From the NCBI GenBank assembly GCA_016180955.1, contig JACPAD010000004.1:1-52562 (forward strand): 52,562 bases of DNA, in the 5' to 3' direction. Of this stretch, positions 1-9,280 are shown in pieces. The stretch comes from Candidatus Zambryskiibacteriota bacterium (GTDB lineage Bacteria > Patescibacteriota > Minisyncoccia > Phycocordibacterales > Zambryskibacteraceae). The notes under the pieces are model-generated. The model made no database searches. It saw nothing but the letters and a program-made list of their open reading frames with translations, and was not told where the DNA came from. The translations under genes and the position numbers were made by a program. How positions within the stretch are numbered: the stretch's first letter is position 1; every line of letters begins with the position of its first letter.

Positions 1-617
1 GAGCCGTAGTACCGGTCACCACCACTCAACAAACTACCACTTCGGTACAATCAACGACTTCTGGTTCTTCTACAACCGCGGCTACCAGCACAGCCTCCGC
101 TCCAACATCGACAAGCACTAATACAGAGCCAGTAGATACCACACCACCTTCTGCGCCCAGTAATCTAAGCGTCATTCAGCATCCAAACACGGCCGGATTG
201 ATAGGTTCAATAGACTTTATTTGGACTGGGTCTGTCGACTCACAATCTCCATCTGGGTCATATTCTATATATCTTGACAATAAAGAATTCTGGTTTCTAG
301 GAAGTAAAACACTTGATGGAAGACAAGAAAGTTTTACTACGGCAGAAGGAGGAGCCACAAATCTTCCATATGGCAGTACCCATACTTTCTATATTACTGC
401 TAGCGATGGAGCAAGAACTTTTCTAGGTCCGACGAGTGGATATGTTTATGTACGGAATGTTTCTTTACCATCGAATTCAGTCACGGTCACGATTACAGCT
501 CTGTCATCAGGCGAGACTGCAACCACCTCCAGACGAACTACCTTTCAACAAGTAGCTAATATTTTAAAATCCTTGCAAAGTCTCCTAAACCAGATCGAGG
601 AATTTCTCAATCAATGA
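1..617 (+). CDS. 5'-truncated Thr/Ser-rich surface protein with FN3-like domain; paralog of the downstream gene
   Basis: Frame of ORF 198..617 is open from base 3 (AVVPVTTTQQTTTSVQS...DTTPPSAPSNLSV). DTTPPSAP is an FN3-type entry motif. C-terminal helix QQVANILKSLQSLLNQIEEFL matches QQTANILEAMQKILNQMQEFL of the next gene. Confidence 0.75.
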   Translation, partial: AVVPVTTTQQTTTSVQSTTSGSSTTAATSTASAPTSTSTNTEPVDTTPPSAPSNLSVIQHPNTAGLIGSIDFIWTGSVDSQSPSGSYSIYLDNKEFWFLGSKTLDGRQESFTTAEGGATNLPYGSTHTFYITASDGARTFLGPTSGYVYVRNVSLPSNSVTVTITALSSGETATTSRRTTFQQVANILKSLQSLLNQIEEFLNQ

Positions 618-2886
618 AAAAATATAAATTTTTATCTTACGTTATTATTTTCCTTGTCCTGATTCCCGCTACAACACTCGCCCAGACAGCCAGTTCAACA
701 GCTGATTTACAGGCTTTAATTAAACAACTCCAAGCACAGATAGCGGAATTGCAAGCCCAAGTGCAATCCATAAAGACGGAGCTCAAGATTACCAGAGCTT
801 TAGCCAAAGGAGCCACCGGCGACGATGTCAAACAGCTTCAAGAGTTTTTAAAGACCATTCCGGGTGTCTATCCAGAAGGTTTGGTAACCGGCTACTTTGG
901 TCCTCTGACGGAGCAAGCAGTCAGGAGATTGCAGGAGAAAGAGGGTATTGAAGCTATAGGCATCGTGGGGCCGAGAACAGAACAACCGCCAAATTAAACG
1001 AACTTATCACTCAAGGCGCCGGCAAGTCAGGAACTATTCCACCCGGACTACTGACCGCTCCCGGTATTCAAGGAGCAGTAGTAGTGCCGGCAGTGACCAC
1101 TACCACTACCACTACCACTACCACTACTCCTACGGCAACAGCTCCTGCCACCGCTGATACCTCTTCTACCTCCGGAGGAGCAACAGCGCCAGTCATCGCT
1201 CCGACTCAGCAAACTACCACTTCGGTGCAATCAACACCTACGACATCAACTGCGACTACCACAAGCGGCACTACTACGACTATAAATACTACTAGCACTT
1301 CCGGGCTATCAGCACCACTTAACTTTCGGATGACGGGCGCTATCAGCGGTGTGTTTGTATATTGGTCAGCGGTAAATAGCACCTCTGTTGCAGGATATAA
1401 AGTATTTCTGACAAACACCGATACGAATACATTAACCACTTACAAGTACGCCACAAGCACTATTGGAATTGGTATAGGTGGGCTTGCTACAGGAAACTAT
1501 TCCGCATATGTTGTCACCTATGATGCTGCCGAGAATATATCCGCTCCGTCTACATCGGCTTCTGCAACTGTTACAGCACAGCTGACTGCACCAGCCAATT
1601 TCTCCGTATCAGCGTTTAGTCCCATTTTTGTCGGGTTAACTTGGTCTGCTTCACAGGGCTCTGTTTCTTACTACACTATCGATAGAAATACCTGCAATTC
1701 GTGCGGGGCCGAAGCCACTTTTGAAGTTTCTGCCCCAGCGACTTCGTATAATGATTTCACGGTTAAATCAGGCACAGCATATACTTATCGGATTCGAGCT
1801 ATAGGCACGGATTTTGGCAACCAATCTGACACGGTTTTTGCTTCAGTGACGACTCCAGTTGGCACTGGCAGTTCTGAAGCTCCTTCTTCTGCAACCACCT
1901 CTCTCCGCCTAACTAATAGTCAAATGGCAAATGTTTTTACAGCCCTCGCCCAAACAGACCCCTCTCTGATCATCAAACAGCTCCAAGAGCAGATTAAAGT
2001 ACTTCAAGCCCAAGTAGAAGAGCTTAAAACTCAAATTGTTCAAGTAAAAAGCGAACTTAACTTAACGAGGTCTCTCTCTCGAGGCTTGAGTGGAGATGAT
2101 GTCAAACAACTTCAGACTTTTCTCTCACAGAAATACCCTGAATTTTATTCAGCTCCCATCACCGGCTACTTTGGTCCTTTGACGGAGCAAGCAGTCAGGA
2201 GATTGCAGGAGAAAGAGGGTATTGAAGCCGTAGGCATAGTCGGACCGAGAACAACTGCCAGATTAAACGAACTCGTTACTCAAGGCGCCGGAAAGTCAGA
2301 AGTTGTCCCACCCGGACTGCTTACCGCTCCCGGTATTCAAGGGTCAATAGCAGCGCCGGCAGTTACCACTTCCACTACGACAACAAGTGCAACGTCAGAT
2401 ACGACATCCAATACCACAACAACCAGCGGTCAGACGAATACGGAAACCTCCGCCCGTAAAATGTTTAACGGCGCTAACGGCGACGGTTGGGGTTCGGATG
2501 ACACCTTCTGTCTTGACTCTAACTACAGCGTATCGATGTGGTCGGATGTTGCCGGCACTTGTCAGGATAAGGCCGGTACTTATACGGATGTTTGCCAAGC
2601 TCCTCCATACGAATGGCGGAAGACTAACTATAGTTGTACGGGAGATGTTTCCGGCACTACTTGGACCAATGTCCGTTGCACGACCAGTAATAGCGGTTTT
2701 GTTGGAGGCTCTTGTTCTGCCGGCGTTATTTCACCCACTCCACCCCCACCATCTTCGACCACCTCCACTACTAGCTCATACCTCTTGCCTAGAAGTCAAC
2801 AGACGGCAAATATTTTGGAGGCCATGCAGAAAATTTTGAACCAGATGCAAGAGTTTCTCAATAAATCCGGTGGTAATGAAAATTAA
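614..2886 (+). CDS. Secreted protein: signal peptide, two coiled-coil + peptidoglycan-binding (PG_binding_1) modules, Thr-rich linkers, two FN3-like domains, Cys-rich C-terminal domain; split by a frameshift at ~979
   Basis: ORFs 614..997 and 1084..2886 join into one 755-aa frame if the duplicated AGAAC (974-978/979-983) is removed. The motif GDDVKQLQ..L...TGYFGPLTEQAVRRLQ...GIVGPRT occurs twice. Confidence 0.8.
1096..1128 (+). repeat. (ACCACT)5 microsatellite encoding poly-Thr
   Basis: accactaccactaccactaccactaccactact read directly. Confidence 0.9.
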
Positions 2887-3253
2887 CATCAAAGCGACCA
2901 ACATAGAATTGACTCCTGCTATTTCAAATTATGTTAATAGAAAGATTTCTACTATCGAAAAGTATTTTGAAAACAAGCCCGAACTCGTAGCTCAAGTGGA
3001 GGTAGGGAAGTTCACTCAACATCACAAGTCTGGCGACATTTTCCGGGCGGAAGTGCATGTGGTCGGAGCGGGTATTGATCTCTACGCCGCTTCCAGCCAA
3101 TCCGACTTATACGCCGCCATTGATCTGGTGAAGGACGAGATAATAAGGAATGCGCTCCACTTCAAGGGCAAACGCGAGAGCATAGCGCGCAGAGGCGCCC
3201 GCATGGTCAAGGATATGATAAGAGGCTTCAATATCTTCAAGAAAAGGGGTTAG
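2876..3253 (+). CDS. hpf: Ribosome hibernation promoting factor (HPF/RaiA, short form)
   Basis: MKINIKATNIELTPAISNYVNRKI...DLYAAIDLVKDEI, S30AE family signature. Confidence 0.9.
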   Translation: MKINIKATNIELTPAISNYVNRKISTIEKYFENKPELVAQVEVGKFTQHHKSGDIFRAEVHVVGAGIDLYAASSQSDLYAAIDLVKDEIIRNALHFKGKRESIARRGARMVKDMIRGFNIFKKRG

Positions 3254-3315
3254 GCGTTGCCGCGAAGAAACGCTGAGCAGTCCGTTTCCTTTTTACCATC
3301 GGGGATTGTTCTGAT

Positions 3316-3342
3316 TTTTCGCAAGAACCGTTCTTGCGAAAA
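3316..3342. repeat. Left palindrome (REP-like) of RAYT-1
   Basis: TTTTCGCAAGAA-CCG-TTCTTGCGAAAA, perfect stem; core repeated at 4026-4044. Confidence 0.85.
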
Positions 3343-3358
3343 GGTGTATAATGTAAAG

Positions 3359-4021
3359 ATGCTACGTAAAGATCCTTTTATTACTGGAGAGTATTACCAT
3401 TTGTATAATCGCGGCATAGATAAACGGGTTATTTTTAAATCAAATAAGGACTACGAGCGTTTTATTTTACTCATGTATCTTTCGAATTCTAATAACTCTT
3501 TTAGACTAGATGATATTAAGCAACAGAAAACATTTGGCGAGATTCTAATGTTAGATAGAGGCAAGTTAATTGTTTCAATTGGCGCATGGTGCCTGATGAC
3601 AAATCATTTCCATTTACTGGTTAGACAAGAAGTAGATGGCGGGATTACTAAGTTCATGAGAAAACTGGGAGTAGGGTATTCAATGTATTTTAATATTAGA
3701 CACGAAAGGAGCGGGGCTCTTTTTGGCGGGCTGTTTAAGTCAAGATTAGTCGGGACCGATGATAATTACATGAGACATTTATTTGGGTATATTCACATTA
3801 ATCCTTTAGAGATAAAATTTCCCGAATGGGAAAACCAAGTCACCAGGTCATCAATCGATATGAAAAAATTCCTCGAATCATATCGATACTCTAGTTATCT
3901 CGATTATCTTGATGTAAATAGGGTAGAGAAAAACATACTCCAAATAGAAAATTTCCCCAGCTATTTTCAAAATGCCCAGTCATTTCGAGATTTTGTAGAA
4001 AATTATTTTATTAACGCCTAG
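3359..4021 (+). mobile_element. Y1 HUH transposase, REP-associated tyrosine transposase (RAYT/IS200-like)
   Basis: YYHLYNRGIDKRVIF, CLMTNHFHLL (HUH), YFN..HERSGALF..FKS, YIHINP, YRYSSY. ATG 3359 lies 6 nt after TATAAT. Confidence 0.88.
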
Positions 4022-4023
4022 CT

Positions 4024-4046
4024 TCCGCAAGAACCGTTCTTGCGGA
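4024..4046. repeat. Right palindrome (REP-like) of RAYT-1
   Basis: TCCGCAAGAA-CCG-TTCTTGCGGA, same 19-bp core and orientation as 3320-3338, starting 3 nt after the stop codon. Confidence 0.85.
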
Positions 4047-4147
4047 TTCATGCGGATTCAACGCCAACCGGAACGACGATGGTCAATGGGTCAACACTTA
4101 TTGGAACAACTCTCTCCGTCAAGTGGGGGAATGCTTACAAAATAAGC

Positions 4148-4939
4148 TTAAGAATTTCCCCTTAAATAGTCCTGCCAATCCATCTCGCGCTTGCCTTCTG
4201 GGATTATTCTAGTTGGGACAAATTTTCCATCTTCTACTTTTGCATCTTTAACTATCACGCGGAGATCTTTACCTATTTTGTTTTTGAAGAAGAAGTAAGC
4301 GCCGGGCCAAGTGTTGTAAGCGAGCACTTTTCGGTAATTTGTTTCGGCGGGATCATTTAAATTAAGCAGTCCGTCTTCTTTTCTTATCATCTTGGTATAG
4401 GTTGCCCTCGAGTCATCTTGTGGGATCGGATTAGGTAAGTTTGACAAAGTGCTGACTAAGAGTTTGCCGCCGGCATGAGCCAGCTTTTCCTCAATGGTTG
4501 CATAGTGGTCAAGCCACGGTTCTATCTCGACCTTCTCTTGCGCGAGAATCGGCCCGTGGTCCATTTTCTCGTCCATTTTTATAATAGTGACTCCCGGCTC
4601 GCCTCGGCCCAGTATTAAATTTTGAATAGGGGATGGTCCGCGTAGTTCCGGCAGGAGTGAGGGGTGCACATTGAGAGAGCTATATTTAGGAATATTGAGA
4701 GTTTCTTTAGAAAGAATCTTGCCGAAAGAGGCAACGATGAAGAAATCAACTTCCGGCAATTTAGGCAATGAGGCTTTCGCATCAATAACCTTGAGAGTAG
4801 GAAAGAACCCAGCTTGCTCCAATTCTTCCAGTACAAATTCCGAAAACCTCGAGCTACCGAAGAATACGAACTTGATTTTGCTATTCTTAAATCCTAAGTC
4901 CTGCTTGCCCATCGTAGCTTTAGCGAAGTCGGGAATCAT
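4148..4939 (-). CDS. fmt: Methionyl-tRNA formyltransferase (compact)
   Basis: FVFFGSSRF, VASFGKIL, LNVHPSLLPELRGPSPIQ, MDEKMDHGPIL, WPGAY; next to def. Confidence 0.93.
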   Translation of the reverse strand: MIPDFAKATMGKQDLGFKNSKIKFVFFGSSRFSEFVLEELEQAGFFPTLKVIDAKASLPKLPEVDFFIVASFGKILSKETLNIPKYSSLNVHPSLLPELRGPSPIQNLILGRGEPGVTIIKMDEKMDHGPILAQEKVEIEPWLDHYATIEEKLAHAGGKLLVSTLSNLPNPIPQDDSRATYTKMIRKEDGLLNLNDPAETNYRKVLAYNTWPGAYFFFKNKIGKDLRVIVKDAKVEDGKFVPTRIIPEGKREMDWQDYLRGNS

Positions 4940-5466
4940 AAATCTTTCTCCGGAGGTAAGTCACGGATGTTCTCCGCCTTGTCTGTAAAAAGTATGCCGT
5001 TTAAATGGTCAATCTCATGCTGGAAGATTTGGGCCAAGAGACCGGAGGCCCCGACAGTTACGGCTTTACTGCTTTCGTCATACGCTTTGATTATCACTTT
5101 CTCGTGCCGCAATACTTGGCCGTAGAGCCAGCGTACCGAGAGGCAACCCTCTTCCACCCCCTTTTTCTTTTTTGAACTTTTGATAATCTCCGGATTGATA
5201 AAAACTAAATCATTAAGTTCTTTAGTCGGGTCAACCTTTTTCTTTTTTACCATCGCCAGTGCCTCGCCGCTTACCACGAAAATTCTCAAGCTAATGCCTA
5301 TCTGCGGCGCGGCAATAGCTACTCCGTCTTTCTCGGTGTGGAGTGCCCTTTTCATCCTGGTTATAATACTCCCAATCTTTTTAGACCCGATATCCTTAAG
5401 AGGTACGGGCTTTGCAATCTTTCTTAGTATCGCCGCATTTTTACCGACTATTTGTAGTTTCGTCAT
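4936..5466 (-). CDS. def: Peptide deformylase
   Basis: GVAIAAPQIG, EGCLS, QHEIDHLNG motifs. Confidence 0.96.
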   Translation of the reverse strand: MTKLQIVGKNAAILRKIAKPVPLKDIGSKKIGSIITRMKRALHTEKDGVAIAAPQIGISLRIFVVSGEALAMVKKKKVDPTKELNDLVFINPEIIKSSKKKKGVEEGCLSVRWLYGQVLRHEKVIIKAYDESSKAVTVGASGLLAQIFQHEIDHLNGILFTDKAENIRDLPPEKDL

Positions 5467-7265
5467 AATATGCTCTCGGGGTCTACTTTAATATTAAATC
5501 TCGGCCCAAGCAAAGAGAGTGCCTCGGCAAGTTCGGCGTCCGGCCACCTGTCCCTCGGCATTCTTATGATAAGCGAATTTCTGTAAATCTCCGGATTCCA
5601 CTTTAATAATTTATCTCTCGGCAAAAGAGAGTCTATTTTTATAAATACGGAAAACGGCGGATAGAGCAGCGACTCTCTCTCGGCAATTTCGCTCAAATAG
5701 AAATCTATGATATTACCTTGTGCCGCCCAAGCAAGCACTTGCTTGCCGATGTTTCTCGTCTGGACCACCGATTCCTTCTGAGTCATTTCGCGCAGGCGGC
5801 TGACTAGATAGAAGATGCGCTCGTTAATGCCGAAGTCAGGTATAGAGAATAGCGCGTCAACCGAGACTAAACCGCTATAAGGGACAGACTCGAGGTAGGA
5901 GAATGCAAGCTCTGTCCCGACGAGAATACCGCCAGTGTCTCTAAATTTCTTAACGATGTTCTTGGCTCTCGCGTCGTTCCTCGCGTGGTCTTTGTCGAGG
6001 ATATAGACATTGTACTTCGGGAAAAGTTCTTTAGCGGCGCGGGCTATCACTTCCGTGCCGATGCCTAAGGGCACAAGTTTCCAGCTTTTGCAGTAGGCGC
6101 ATCTGGTCGCAGCTTCCCTTTGGGAACCACAGGCATGGCAGATGTATACTCGCTCTCCGGAACGATAATGCAGTACCAGAGGAGCCTTGCAATTCTCGCA
6201 CTCCAAGATTGTGCCGCACTCCCCACAGACAGTAGTTGGAGCAAGTCCCTTCCTTGCGCCGAAGAGGAAAATTTCCTCGTTTTCCGCCATCGCCTTTTCT
6301 AAGAGTTTCTTAAGCTCATCGGAGAAAATCTCAAACCGGCCACGTTCGTTTTGCGGGCTTTTAGCGTCCACTAATCTTGTAAGTGCGCCCGGTAGGCGCC
6401 AACGGACAAGCGATGACTCTCCATAATCGCCCCTTTTTTCTCTCCAAAGGATTTCGACCGAGAGAACAGAATCTCCGAGGACCAGCTGTTTTTTGGCTTT
6501 CTTGGCCCAAGTCTCGATAAAAATTTTCCAGTTAATGTAAGGCCGCGCAAGAGTGCGATAAGCGCGGGAATTTTCCCTCTCGACAATGATGGTGTCGAGG
6601 TCCGGGCGGTGGAAAGCGACTCCTGCCGGAGTGGTAATGAAGAGAATCGGGTGCGGAAGAGACACGGCCGCGCGCCAGCTCTTTTGAGTGTGGACAAATT
6701 CGCTAATGCCTCTTGAAAGCTCGAGAAAAGCGCGCAAGCCGTCTTGGTGGGTAGGAACTATGAACATAACCGAATTACCACGCGCAAAACTTTGCCTGAC
6801 TAAAGCGCGGTATTGCCCGAAGCGCTCTGTTATCTCCATCTGGAGGAGTATTGTTTCTTTAGAATGTCCAACGTGTCTTTTTTTGCGTGCAGTATTTTTC
6901 AAGTAGGTAGCCGGTTCGTCGAGAATAGTTTTGGGCAAAACAGCTCCCAGTATTGCTCCGGTCGAAGTGGCGTAATAGGCGGCAGTTATCTCTGCGGCAG
7001 CTATGAACTCTGGTGCAAGACTTGCGTTATAAATATCCTTTTTAGAAATCTTTTTTAAGGAAAAGGCGGCGCGACGGATGTCTGACTTGGCGCTCAAAAC
7101 GCTTCGAGAACTTTGCACTACTCCAATCACAAAGCTTTTTCTCATCGGCACTCTGACTAACGTGCCTGATTGGAGTTTGATAGCCGAGAAGTAGGAAAGG
7201 GGTTCGTGTCCGGAGTTCTTGCTGATTGTAATGACCTCTACCAGATAGGTCTTTTGGGCTTTCAT
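5463..7265 (-). CDS. priA: Primosomal protein N' (helicase motifs degenerate)
   Basis: N-terminal 3'-DNA-binding region (GTLVRVPMR), CGECG..CENC..CHACG..CAYC zinc cluster, GIGTE, LLYPPF; def-fmt context. Confidence 0.85.
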   Translation of the reverse strand: MKAQKTYLVEVITISKNSGHEPLSYFSAIKLQSGTLVRVPMRKSFVIGVVQSSRSVLSAKSDIRRAAFSLKKISKKDIYNASLAPEFIAAAEITAAYYATSTGAILGAVLPKTILDEPATYLKNTARKKRHVGHSKETILLQMEITERFGQYRALVRQSFARGNSVMFIVPTHQDGLRAFLELSRGISEFVHTQKSWRAAVSLPHPILFITTPAGVAFHRPDLDTIIVERENSRAYRTLARPYINWKIFIETWAKKAKKQLVLGDSVLSVEILWREKRGDYGESSLVRWRLPGALTRLVDAKSPQNERGRFEIFSDELKKLLEKAMAENEEIFLFGARKGLAPTTVCGECGTILECENCKAPLVLHYRSGERVYICHACGSQREAATRCAYCKSWKLVPLGIGTEVIARAAKELFPKYNVYILDKDHARNDARAKNIVKKFRDTGGILVGTELAFSYLESVPYSGLVSVDALFSIPDFGINERIFYLVSRLREMTQKESVVQTRNIGKQVLAWAAQGNIIDFYLSEIAERESLLYPPFSVFIKIDSLLPRDKLLKWNPEIYRNSLIIRMPRDRWPDAELAEALSLLGPRFNIKVDPESIL

Positions 7266-7288
7266 CCCGTTATAGTATCATTGTGCAA

Positions 7289-8290
7289 ATGGCGAAGAAA
7301 CTTGGCATTGATCTCGGTACTACCAACATCTTGGTCTTTGTCCCCGGCAAGGGGATTGTCTTGAACGAACCCTCGGTAGTGGCAGTCTCGGCTGACAACA
7401 AGATTCTTGCCATCGGAGCGGAAGCGAAGACCATGATTGGCCGCACTCCGGAAGATATCATCGCTTACCGGCCGATGAAGGACGGCGTGATAGCAGATTA
7501 TCGCGTAACCGAGGCGATGCTCCGCTACTATATCGACAAGACTTTGGGTAAGTGGAATTTTTTCAAACCGGATGTTCTGATTTCTGTGCCGGCCGGAGTG
7601 ACTTCAACCGAGCGGCGCGCGGTGATAGAGGCGGCGGTCAAGGCCGGCGCGAGGAACGCCTACGTGGTTAAGGAGCCGATTCTCGCAGCCATCGGTGCGG
7701 GTATCTCCATTCAGGAAGCGGCGGGGCATATGATTGTAGACATCGGCGGTGGTACCACTGACGTGGCCGTCATCTCTCTCGGCGGTATTGTCGCTTCCAC
7801 TTCGGTGAAGGTAGCAGGGAATAAGATGGATGCCGCCATCGCTGATTACGTCAAGAAAAATTTTAATCTTGTTATTGGAGATAAGATGGCCGAGGATATT
7901 AAAATTCAGATTGGCTCGGCTACTTTGCTCGACGAAGAACTTTCCATGCCGGTCAAAGGGCGCGACTTCGTTCTTGGTTTACCGCGCACTATTGAACTTA
8001 AGACTAACGAAGTGGTCAAAGCGATTTCAAGAGAATTACGCGAAATGATTAAAGCGGTTAAAGAAGTTCTGCAGGAAACACCGCCGGAACTCTCGTCAGA
8101 CATTATCGACAGGGGTATTATTATGACCGGCGGCTCTTCCCAACTGCGCAATTTTCCGGAACTGATGTTTCGTCGCACTGGCGTCAAGGCCGTTTTAGCC
8201 AAAGACGCTTACTTCTGTGTAGCCAAAGGCACCGGCGTGGCCCTAGAGCATCTCGACACTTATAAAAAATCTATTATCGCCAAAAGATAA
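7289..8290 (+). CDS. mreB: Rod shape-determining protein MreB/Mbl
   Basis: GIDLGTTN, EPSVVAV, RPMKDGVIAD, VDIGGGTTDVAVISLGG, TGGSSQL. Confidence 0.96.
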   Translation: MAKKLGIDLGTTNILVFVPGKGIVLNEPSVVAVSADNKILAIGAEAKTMIGRTPEDIIAYRPMKDGVIADYRVTEAMLRYYIDKTLGKWNFFKPDVLISVPAGVTSTERRAVIEAAVKAGARNAYVVKEPILAAIGAGISIQEAAGHMIVDIGGGTTDVAVISLGGIVASTSVKVAGNKMDAAIADYVKKNFNLVIGDKMAEDIKIQIGSATLLDEELSMPVKGRDFVLGLPRTIELKTNEVVKAISRELREMIKAVKEVLQETPPELSSDIIDRGIIMTGGSSQLRNFPELMFRRTGVKAVLAKDAYFCVAKGTGVALEHLDTYKKSIIAKR

Positions 8291-8299
8291 GCATGCTAA

Positions 8300-8324
8300 A
8301 ATATCAAGGGCTACCCTTGATATT
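8300..8324. repeat. Left palindrome (REP-like) of RAYT-2
   Basis: AATATCAAGGG-CTA-CCCTTGATATT directly before the ATG. Confidence 0.85.
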
Positions 8325-8987
8325 ATGGAAAGAAAAGTAAAATTTGTTGAAGAAGAGCATTATCATCTCTTTAGTCGGGGAGTCGAGAAGAGAAAAATAT
8401 TTTTAGATAGAAAAGACTACGAAAGATTTCTTGCCTTGCTCTATATTTTGAATCAAGAAGACCACTTTCATGTCAGTAATTTCTTAAATAAAGGTCAGAA
8501 CAATATTCTTGATTTGTATAAACAAAAACGTGGTAAGCCGCTTGTATCAATCCTCGCTTATTCTCTTATGCCAAACCATTTTCATTTTATAGTGAGAGAA
8601 ATTGTGGAAAATGGGATTAGCACTTTTATGATGAAGCTTCTGACTGCTTATTCAATGTATTTTAATATAAAGAACGAGCGCAGTGGACCACTATTTGTTC
8701 ATCCGTTCAGATCGGAACATATAGATAATGATAGCTACTTTCTTTATATATTTAGCTATGTTCACTTGAATTGTCTAGATTTACTTGAGAAGGGATGGAA
8801 AGAAAATGGAATTAAAAATAAAAAGAAAGCGCAGGAGTTTCTAGGAAGTTACCATTACTCTAGCTATCCTGATTCTTGTAAATTGATAGATAGGATAGAA
8901 TCTCAAATTATTGATTCTGATTCTGTTCCAGATTTTGTATCAAGGGTAGCCCTTGATATTTCTGGGTATACGAAATATCAGAAATAA
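8325..8987 (+). mobile_element. Second Y1 HUH transposase (RAYT/IS200-like)
   Basis: HYHLFSRGVEKRKIF, LMPNHFHF (HUH), YFNIKNERSGPLF, YVHLN, YHYSSY; AT-rich relative to mreB. Confidence 0.88.
8938..8958. repeat. Right palindrome (REP-like) of RAYT-2, inverted relative to the left copy and inside the ORF 3' end
   Basis: TATCAAGGG-TAG-CCCTTGATA; loop TAG is the reverse complement of CTA. Confidence 0.85.
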
Positions 8988-9019
8988 AAAAGCCGCGCGG
9001 CAGTGATGACCCGCGCGGC
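8986..9019 (-). terminator. Intrinsic terminator of the small minus-strand gene
   Basis: Stem GCCGCGCGG/CCGCGCGGC followed by a T-run on the minus strand. Confidence 0.75.
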
Positions 9020-9041
9020 GATGTGCAAGTGAGCCAGTGGC

Positions 9042-9188
9042 TCACTTACACTGACCAAGAAGCTGTCTTACCTCCGAGCACGGCTCGGAGGCGGCCTTCT
9101 CGCGGAACCTGCTGACGAAGTCGCCAGCAGCCCACACGAGGAGAGCCAAAAACAGAAGGAGTCCGAAGACTCCAACAAAACTTTTCAT
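9042..9188 (-). CDS. 48-aa small membrane/secreted protein (not in ORF track)
   Basis: MKSFVGVFGLLLFLALLVWAAGDFVSRFREKAASEPCSEVRQLLGQCK; AAGGAGG SD; TTGACT-18-TATAAT promoter (9235-9206); terminator downstream. Confidence 0.75.
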   Translation of the reverse strand: MKSFVGVFGLLLFLALLVWAAGDFVSRFREKAASEPCSEVRQLLGQCK

Positions 9189-9280
9189 ATTGGCCTCCTT
9201 ATTTAATTATATCATAAAATATATGCAAAAGTCAATGGAGATTTGGTTTAAGTTGAAAAGTGTAGTAATATAGCCATGAA

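Noticed and set aside
3257-3358. N-terminal extension of RAYT-1 (likewise alaS 36609-36758 and the protease 20627-20716)
   Set aside because: These upstream in-frame starts run through palindromes, promoters or other small genes; homology and -10 spacing support the later starts.
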